Origin: Cetorhinus maximus
Lineage: Eukaryota
Assembly (NCBI RefSeq): GCF_964194155.1
Contig: NC_135883.1
Span: 91,512,001-91,576,000 of the forward strand
Direction of reading: 5' to 3'
DNA: 64,000 nucleotides
The notes beneath the pieces are model-generated. The model saw only the letters and a program-made list of their open reading frames with translations, was not told the origin of the DNA and did not search any database. Positions within the stretch are counted from its first letter, which is position 1. Every line of letters starts with the position of its first letter. Positions 54,960 to 64,000 of this stretch are shown piece after piece. The position numbers were made by a program, and so were the translations under genes.

Positions 54960-56650
54960 AGGGTGTCCAACCCAGGGGCTAAAAGGACCGATGAAATTAA
55001 GGAAATTAATATCAACAGAGAAAAAGTATTGGAGGAACTGTTCTGTCGGTATTTAATTGCAATTAAATACTGACAAATCTAACAAATCCCTGTCTACACC
55101 CTAGGGCTCCAAAAGAGGTAACTGCAGAGATAATGAATATGACTTGACAACATTCCTTGAATTTGGGAACAGTCCCATTAGATTGGAAGTTGGAAAATAT
55201 TACACCACTTTTTAAGAAGGGGAGAGAAAATTGTGAACTGCAGGCAGGTTAGCCTAACATCAGTTGCTGAGAAAATGCTGGAATCTATTATTAACAAAGC
55301 CTTAACAATGTACTTAGAAAAGCATATTATGATTAGAACAAGTCAATATGGTTTTATTAAAGGGAAGTCTTGTTTGACAAATTTATTAGAGTTTTTTGAG
55401 GATGTAACCAGGAAGATAGATAAAGGGGAGCCAGTAGATGTCGTCTACCTGGATTTTCAAAAGGCATTCAGTAAGGTGCGACATAAAAGGTTACTAGGAA
55501 AGATATGAGCTTATGGAGTGGGGGTAATATTTTAGCATGGATAGAGAACTGGTTAATGGATAGAAAGCAGAGAGTGGGCATAAATGGGGCTTTTTCAAGC
55601 TAGCAGGCAACGAATAGTAGAGTGCCGCAAGGATCAGTGTTAGACTCTCAGATATTTTCAATCTATATTAATGACTTAGATGAAGAGACAGAGAGTAATG
55701 TATCTAAGTTTGCTGATGATACCAAGCTAGGTGGAAAGGTAAGCTGTGGGGAGGACACAGAGAGGCTGCAAAGAGATGGAGACAGGTTAGGTGAGTGGGC
55801 AACAAGATGACTTATGGAGTAGAATGAAGAGAAATGTGAAGTTATTCACTTTGGTCATAAGAATAGAAAAGCAGAATATTTTTAAAAATGTTTGAAACTT
55901 CTAAGTGTTGAACTTCAAAGAGACTTGGGTGTGCCCATACAAGGAACGCAGAAAGTGAGTATACAGATGCAGCAAACAAGTAGGAAAAACAAATGGCATG
56001 TTGGCCTTTATTGCAAGGTGATTGGAGTACAAGAATCCAGAAGTCTTGCCACAATTGTACAGGGTTTTGGTGAGACCACATCTGGAATACTGTGTGCTGT
56101 TTTCGTCTCCACATTTAAGAAAGGATATACTTACATTGGAGGCAGCACAGTGAAGGTTCACTAAATTTGTCCCTAGGATGGGTGGGGGGGTGGGGTGCGG
56201 GCTTTTGGGGGGTGGTTGTCCTATGATGAGAAGCTGAGTAAATTGGGCCCATAATCTCTGGAGTTTAGAAAAATGAGAAGCAATCTCATTGAAACCTAAA
56301 AAATCCTGAAGAGACTTGATAGGGTAGACGCTGAGAGATTGTTTTTGCCAGTCAGAGAATCTAGAACACGGGGGCACAGTCTCAGAATAAGGGGCTGATC
56401 ATTTAGTACTGGGATGAGATGAAATTTCTTCACTCAATGGATTGTGAATAATTGGAATTCTCTACCCCAGAGGGTTGTGCGTGCTCCATGCTTAAGGCTG
56501 GGATGGACAGATCAGGGAATTAAGGGATATGGGGAGTGGGTGGGAAAATGGAGTTGAAGTCCAAAGTCAGCCATGATCATACTGAATGGCAGAGTAGACT
56601 TGATGGGCCGTATGGTCTTCTCCTGCTCCTGTTTCTTGTGTTCTTGTACG
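54960..56650 (+). mobile_element. 5'-truncated CR1 LINE
   Basis: KGKSCLTNLLEFFEDVT, VYLDFQKAF, PQGSVL and SKFADDTK motifs, plus the CR1 3' UTR. Confidence 0.9.
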
Positions 56651-59423
56651 TTCTGAAGCATTGGGAAAAATTAAAAACGACTTGTGGTCATAGCTGTCAG
56701 GCCACCAGTGTGGAGGGGGCACACCTCCACAGCAAGGTTTGCGGCTTTGGCTGTGTCTGTCACATCCCATAGCGGGTCTATACTGGGGTGATTGAATGGA
56801 GGCTTTGGTGGCAACCCCACCTCCCCCCCACCACTCCCCTTCCCCCAGTCTGTTGCCAGGGTGTTGCCTTTAGTTAAAGGCTAGACTCCAGACTCACCCG
56901 TGGCCTACCTTCTGTCAGGAAGATTGTGGCAGTGTCATTAACGTTGCCCCAATTGGTCCATTAATGGACATGTTTGGCTACCCACTGCTGCTGGATTTCC
57001 TGGAGGTGGGAACATATTGGATAGCTGATCCGATGTGTTATTTTTCTTTGCTCCTGGTCTCACCTCCTAACCCATCTCTGTGGGACCGGGAATAATCAGG
57101 CTCATAAATTTCTCCCAATCTTGACAAATTTTACAATTATAAATACAGAGTAGAATGAGTTGCCTAAGAAGAAACCATTTATTGATCAGAGATACAGGAG
57201 TTAAAAGAGTGAAATTTTGCACTTTGATTGTATCTAAATTCTAGTTGCTCAGGGAAAGTTAACATGGTGACAAATACTCCATCTGTTGTAGTTAGAATTT
57301 CCTGAGCATTATTTTTAAAAATTTAATTTCTTTGAAAACGTGAAGTGATGATGTCATGTTGACACACATGACCAGGGTTGACAAACCTTGGAAAGCGTTA
57401 CAAATTTGAAGCAATAGGATAATTCCTCAATACCTCAAATTTGGAGAAACAACTTGCATAGTGTGAGCATTGGTCATTTCTGCACTGGAAAATGATAGGC
57501 TTACTGCTTGTGTTTTTCCAGTGCTCATTTGCAGCATGTGAGGCATCTTGCCATGGGTGAGGATCAGAAATCTACTCTTGTTAACTCCTTAATGTATAGC
57601 CTTAACCTGCACCTCCCAGTGTTTACACAGAGACAATCCAATTCCCTATTAGCAGTGCCACCAATTGTGGAAGCCTAGACTTTGGCAGCCATGCTGTAAA
57701 ATAAGTGGTATCAAAATTAAATGAGGCTGTGCCTAAAGGCTATCCCCTCCAAAGACAACAGCCATAAATGGCAAATATAAATGCTGCTTACCTACATAGG
57801 CTAGTAAGTATAATGCCCTTCCCATTACTGGCTGCAGTGTCTTTCCCACCTATCAAAGAAGGTCTGCTAGCCAGAAACGAAATTACAAAATGCAAGTTTC
57901 AGGTGAGATCACAAGTATATTTGTGCAAATGCTACTTCGTTGTTTCTCTGATGCTAAGGAATTTATCCCACAATATAAAAGGGGTAATTTCACAGTGCTG
58001 AAATACCCCCAGAATCCCACAGGATCTTTGGTATTCTCTTTGTGTAGTAATTTTACAATATCGAGCACATAAGGTAACATTCCTTCATTTCTATTGCGTG
58101 ACCTCTGAAAGCAACATAAACTACAAATACGTAAAATAAACCTCATAGTATTACACTGAGACTAGAAGTTTAGTAAGGAGTTCATGGGTTAAAATCTTAA
58201 GTTTATTTTTGAAGGTATCACATCAGCTAAACGGTTTCCTTATAGAAGTGTAATTTGCATTGCATATTAAGAAGATTTATTCAGGATGTGTTACCATGAA
58301 GTGCACTAAATTTAGTGAAGCAGGCACAAAGCTTGAGTTTTCCTGAATGTGATATTCTTGTGCCCTTTTAACCTGTTCAAATGAGGCAATCAGTGCACAC
58401 TCCAAATTGCACTTTAGTTTGTGTCTGAATTGTCTTATGGTTACACTGTTGGGGGAGCTCTGGCTTCAGAATATCAGTACAGTTAAAGTCACAGCTTGGA
58501 TGCCAAAGGGTTGACATAATTCTACATTCAGTTTATTATGTGAAAACATGGGTATTGTTAATTGCAATTGGAGTTTATCTTCTAATTGCTATTTACTCCA
58601 GGCTGAATCTACAGTGTAAGGCATTGTCTACATTATAGATAAGAGTGTTCAAACAAGAGTGGTATGAAATGTACACTGGAATAAATCTACTTGTTGCAGT
58701 CAAACACTACCTTTGTCCCAAGCTATTTCACAAATGAGGAAAATCATGATAACAAGGGTGGACATCAATCAGTGGGGGGAGAAATTAGGATGGATGACCA
58801 TCAGATTAAGCCTAGGACATCATTAGTGCACTGACATTTTCTTCCACCTTGACTGCTTGAATTTAATACTGGATCTCTGAACACCAAGTTTAAAAATTTC
58901 AGTAGAGTCCGATAGCGAATAGTGCTTACGACTTTTAGATGTGTAATGGTGCCATTCCTCACTAATGTCATTTTAAAAAGCATTTTAATGATCCATCTGG
59001 GCAAACAAACATATCTGAATGATACCCTTATGCTCTACAAATGATTAACCCGCTGATTATTGATTAGCTAATATCTATAAATTCTGTTTGCACGTATTTT
59101 CAATGTCATTGCGAAAGGAATAATTTCAGGTGATTTTGGAATTATTGAGGATATACCTCGAAAATAATCATATGTTCAAAACAGCTTTTGTATCTCTTAA
59201 ATGGTTTGTCCAGGAAGCAGTTGGTACATTTTAAAAACAGCAGTTATTGCAAAGGTCCTTGTAGACATTGAATGTTGTTTTCTCAGGTGTGTAGCGCAGT
59301 AGGTCTCAGATTAGTGGTTGCATTTTGATTGGATTTTTCTTCCCAGATCTGAAAGCAATAGTAGCTGCACATAGTCTTCAGGACATAACTCGAAAGTACA
59401 GAACTCAGCAGAAGAAAATAAAA

Positions 59424-59525
59424 TCACATGAGCTTAACAATAATAAACATTAATAACAACACAATGATAATTAGAAGGAAATTCAGAATCAGGCTGAACC
59501 CGCGGTTGTTTGCCAGAATATCCAT
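59424..59525 (-). CDS. 33-aa phospholamban/sarcolipin-family (regulin) micropeptide MDILANNRGFSLILNFLLIIIVLLLMFIIVKLM
   Basis: Hand translation gives ATG at 59525-59523 in strong Kozak context (GGA ATG G) and TGA at 59426-59424. Residues 12-33 align without gaps to human PLN 31-52 (13/22 identical by hand) and end at the same position. The ORF is antisense in the intron after the large CEP85L exon, the known PLN location. Confidence 0.85.
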   Translation of the reverse strand: MDILANNRGFSLILNFLLIIIVLLLMFIIVKLM

Positions 59526-61492
59526 TCCGTCTTTTGCCTTGCACCAGTTGGCCTTGATGGTGTGCTGTGAATTAATTTGTATGTCTCGTAGAAACTATTG
59601 GTGCCTCCTTATTTTCGTTGCCTGAAGCACCTATGTTTGGCATATCAACCTTCTGTCATCTTTTACTTTTCCATTTCCCTGTTGAATAAATAAATATTTC
59701 ATGAGGATTTCTACACAAGCACAAAGGATATGCTCCTAAAATTCTACTGTCTGTCACCTGATCCCAGAGAGAGACTTTAGACTTATTTACAACTAATAAC
59801 TACACTTCAAAATGTAACTTGCATTGCTTATGGTTTTTAAACTTTTGGTCATCTGCCCTGCTATCTTCTTCTATGCCATGGTGTAAAAGATGTTATTTTT
59901 TGTATCGCTCTTATTAAGTGCCTTTGGACGTTTTGTTATGGTAAAGCTGCTAATAAATACAAGTCATTGTTTATACCTGTTACACTTTGTTTAACATTTA
60001 TTAATGGCATTCTTTTTCCTGGGTCATATGCACTTGAGAATCAGAAGCCCTATTTAAATTCTAACCCAGCTCTACCAGCTAATCTTTTACATGGAATTGT
60101 TTTTCTTGCTCTCTCCCTCTCTCTCTTTCTCTTTCCTCCCCTCTCCCTACCCTACCACAATTCACCAAACAACATAATTAAGCACATTGATATAAATTTA
60201 ACCATTTTTAGGCTAAACCTCCGCTTGAATTGCTTTTCTTTTGGTCGAGAAAGCTTACTGAGGATGAAAAGTTAATGCTTTCCAGACACTGCTTCACTTG
60301 CTACCATATAAAGTAATTTGAAAGGGCTCGTGCTTGGAGTGGAGGTACTTTTTACTCTTCATAGGGAGCCGTCCAAAAAACAATTTTATATTTTATTTTT
60401 AAATGCGGATGGATGAAGACTTTGCCCATTTAGGGTAAAGTGTAAAGCATTCTTGTAGCTGAGTAAATAGGAAACATGCCATAATATGTAAAACATTCAT
60501 TGTATGTCTGCTTTCCAATAATAATAATATAGCATAACATTACTTAGGGTTTATATGCAAATATGGTGTTGTGTATGATTTAGTTTCTGTTCTCCCCAAG
60601 TAATGAATGAATATGTTTTTCTTGTAATTCTGAATTCTTTAGAGTTGCGTACAAGAGTCTGCAGTGATTCTTATTCACAGTTTGAGGATAAATGATGCAC
60701 TAGCAATAACATTCTGCTTTTCCTGCAATATGTTGGATGCATTGGCCCACAAAATTTCCCTCATATTTAGATGCACATTAACTCGGATGTAAAAAAAAAT
60801 CAAAGCTTCATTTTACTTTATCAAACCTTTGCATTACACTCCAGCTGGGGACAGTTGGTTATTTAATGTGAAAAGATTTTTGAACCAAAAAAAAGCTATT
60901 ATCACACACTATAAATTGGAGAGAGCAATATTTACTGTTCCATTAATGCTGCATCTAAAATAACATTCAATTTTTGTTGACGTCAAGCAGGTTGAATACA
61001 AATTATAGTTAATGCATTATAATCATATTGAGTATAATTATCAGCACTGTGTTTATATTGTAATTTCCAAAATAGAAATTGTAGTGGATGCATTGTTCCT
61101 TTTTAAATCCTCAAATTTTCCTCCTTCCTCATAAACAGTCTCTCCAAGGGTGCAGTTTTATGGGCGCTAATAACTGTCTGGTACCCTTCACAGAGTTATC
61201 AATCTGAAAAAGTAATGTTCATCAATGTTGAGGCTATCACAGTTGCTGCTCTCACCCAATTTCCATGCGCAGTCTTCTCGAAGGACAACAGGGGTCAAAG
61301 ACTAATGGCTTGAACCTGATTTGTCATCCTTTGTGAATATGGGTGCCACATTGGCCTTTTTTCTAATCTAATGGTACCTCATCACTGTCCAGTCAGTGAC
61401 TTCCTTGGAATAATTATTAATGTCTCACAAATCTCTTCCCTAGTCTCCTACAGCATTCTGGGAGAAATACTGTCTATTCCTGTGGATTTATT

Positions 61493-62077
61493 GGGCAGAA
61501 TTTTCTGCCTACCGGGCGGGCGGGCCCGACCCAATCTCCAGCAGGCGGGGAGCCGAACCCTGCCGGAGAAGCGGACCCTGCTGCCATTTTAAGTGGGCGG
61601 GCCAATTAAGGCCCACCCAGCGTGACACCCGGCGGGAAGCGCTATGCGCTTCCTGTGCGAACAGGGTGGGGGGTGGGGGGGAGTTCCCCAAAAGTGAGAG
61701 TGCGCTCTTTCGCGCATGCGCACGAGAGAACACACGTCTCCCTGAGGCTAAGTGCTGCCTCAGGGAGATCACAGACAGTTGAATAAACATTAAAAATAGA
61801 GAAAAAAAATCCTTAACATGTCCCCCTCATGTGACAATGTCACACGAGATGAGACATGTTAATAAATTTCATTAAAATTTTATTCAACTTTTTAAATCCC
61901 TACATGAAACCTCATCCCGCCGGTGGATCTCACAGCTGATCTCGCTATGCCCCCGCCTTCCTGAAGATTTAAATGGGACGGGATAGCGTCGGGGGTTCCG
62001 CCCAATGTCATCCCGCGTCATTTTGCGCGTCGGCGAGCGGGCCCCGCCCCCTGCTCGCCAATGGCGAAATTCAGCCC
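61493..62077 (+). mobile_element. PIF/Harbinger-type MITE, copy 3 (internal deletion relative to copy 1)
   Basis: TIRs gggcagaattttc and gaaattcagccc with a 3-bp TSD (ATT). It is inserted in a decayed minus-strand CR1 (~61180-62460). Confidence 0.88.
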
Positions 62078-62494
62078 ATTGTTTCTGACCCATTTAAACC
62101 TGAAAAGACTTCCATTTCATTTATATTGAAGGCATTAATTTTCCCAAGGTTTTAATTCCATTTGGGGAAGGCATGTGCTCGTATTTTCTCTTGTGAAAAC
62201 ATGGAGGAAGTTATCAATGGGAATATTTACTGTGTCCACTCTCTGCTTCAAATTTGTATACATCTTTAACCTCTCTAAGCCCTTCTTTGACTGCCTTCTT
62301 ACTGTTAAAATAATGAAAGTTTTTTTTTGTCGTTCTGCTCTATGTCTGTGGCTAAGCTGATCTCTTTTCTCCTCTCCTTGCCATTTTGGACTGTTTTTAC
62401 ATGATCTTATATTCATCCCATTGAACCTTTTCTATAGAATTTGTAGAGGTAATTTTCTCTTGATTTCATTTTGTATTTGTTTACAAATCTATTT

Positions 62495-63300
62495 AGGTCC
62501 AGATTTCTGTCCCCGGGAAATCTCCAGAACCTTCCTCGCAGGTTGAATTCTCAGTCGGGGGGTGGGGTTGGGGGTTGCGGGGTTCCGAGCTGAAACAGGA
62601 GTTGGGGCGGGCAGTCCTGGAACGAACGTGCAGGTGCGGAGGCTGCTGGGCACAAGGCCTGTCTCCGTCCTCCGGCACTGTGTTTAAATAGATTAAAATA
62701 AATAATAGAATAAAAACATTCTTCTAGCCCTCACCCCACCTCACCCCACACTCCCATGCCCCAGCCATGCTAAACTCTGCCAACCCATGCCCCCCCCCCA
62801 ATGGCCCCTATATCCCCATGCCAAACCTTGCCCCCACTCACCACCTGTGGCTCACGTACTCCCATGCCAACTTAGTGTCAACTCATGCCAACCCATGTCC
62901 CCATCCACTACCCTTTGCTCTTACCCCATCCATGCCAAGTCATCTCGTATCCTTGGACAGTTTTGACACTTCCTGGATAGCTTTGACAGGTTTGACACTT
63001 CCTGGACCGCTTTGAAACGTTCTCAACAGTGACAGTTTGACAGCTTTGACTCTTCCTCGATAGCTTTGGCAGGTTTGACAGTTGGACAGCTCCTTAATAG
63101 CTCCTTGACAGCTGGACAGCTCCTTAACAGTTCCTTGATAGCTGGACAGCTCTTTGACAGCTTGACTGTTCTAATGATTTTGTGCATAATCGTGTTCACT
63201 TTTAACAATCTCGAAGGGCGCCTTATGTCTCCCAAATGTGTCCCAGGACCCTATCCAAAGGGGTACCTTGGTTATTCAAACACATCCACCAAGTTCAGAT
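62495..63300. repeat. Non-autonomous element with catgccaac motifs and a ~27-bp tandem tract (~62950-63170)
   Basis: Repeated gacagctccttaatagctccttgacagctg units. It shares motifs with 51776-52908. Confidence 0.5.
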
Positions 63301-63329
63301 CTACTCTTAGCTGTTCTATTTTGTACACT

Positions 63330-64000
63330 CAGCCCCATCAGTCTACTCTCGATCGTCAGTAAAGTAATGGAAGGGGTCATCAACAGCGCTAGCTAGCGGA
63401 ACTTGCTTAGCAATAACCTGCTCACTGACACCCAGTTTGGGTTCCACCAGGACCACTCAGCTCCTGACCTCATTACAGCCTTGTTCAAACATGGACAAAA
63501 GAGCTGAACTCCTGAGGTGAACTGAGAATGACTGCCCTTGACATGAAGGCAGCATTTGCTAGAGTGTGGCATCAAGAAGCCCTAGCAAAACTGAAGTCAA
63601 TGAGAATCAGGGGGAAATCTCTCTGCTGGTTGGAGTCATACCTAGCAGAAAGGAAGATGGTTGTGGTTGTTGGAGGTTTGTTATCTCAGCTCCAGGACAT
63701 CACTGCAGGAGTTCCTCAGGGTAGTGTCCTTGGCCCAACCATCTTCAGCTGCTTCATCAATGACCTTCCTTCCATCATAAGGTCAGAAGTGGGGATGTTT
63801 GCTGATGATTGCACAATGTTCAGCACCATTCGTAACTCCTCAGATACTGAAGCAGTCCATGTCCAAATACAGCAAGACCTGGATGATATCCAGGCTTGGG
63901 CTGACAAGTGGTAAGTAACATTTATGCCAAGCAAGTGTCAGACAATGACCATCTCCAACAAGAGAGAATCTAACCATCATCTTTGATGTTCAATGGCATT
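63330..64000 (+). mobile_element. Second-family LINE RT fragment, running off the window
   Basis: ALDMKAAFARVWH and [20 protein letters not shown]...MFADDCT. Confidence 0.9.

Noticed and set aside
56178-56216. G-quadruplex-like G-tract inside a CR1
   Set aside because: It looks like local slippage expansion in a dead LINE, with no evidence of function.
57792-58104. Possible minus-strand exon (ttgctttcag acceptor, GTAAGC donor) and the 87-aa ORF
   Set aside because: There is no recognisable protein similarity, and splice-like motifs alone are insufficient.
59428-59625. Plus-strand 65-aa ORF MSLTIININNNT...
   Set aside because: It is the antisense shadow of the regulin ORF. Its Asn/Ile richness mirrors the hydrophobic codons on the other strand.

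Overview
Vertebrate nuclear DNA, most likely a cartilaginous fish judging from the repeat families (CR1/HER1-type LINE 3' ends, Penelope-like ends, tRNA-headed SINEs). The window is almost entirely intronic. The one clear host exon is a large internal coding exon of CEP85L (49609-50426, + strand). The rest is mostly nested transposon debris: CR1 LINEs, a second EN-RT LINE family with one near full-length copy that starts with a tRNA-like head, PIF/Harbinger MITEs with 3-bp TSDs, a decayed Harbinger element, a solo LTR, a pogo-like MITE and a 3.2-kb 33-bp minisatellite. The main finding is a 33-codon ORF on the minus strand (59424-59525), below the size of the ORFs in the supplied track: MDILANNRGFSLILNFLLIIIVLLLMFIIVKLM. 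It lies antisense in the CEP85L intron, where mammals carry phospholamban (PLN). It keeps the PLN transmembrane SERCA-contact and zipper residues, lacks the RRAST phosphorylation domain and has some sarcolipin-like features, so it is a candidate 'headless' PLN/SLN-intermediate regulin. All homology calls come from remembered sequences, not database searches, and many repeat boundaries are approximate.
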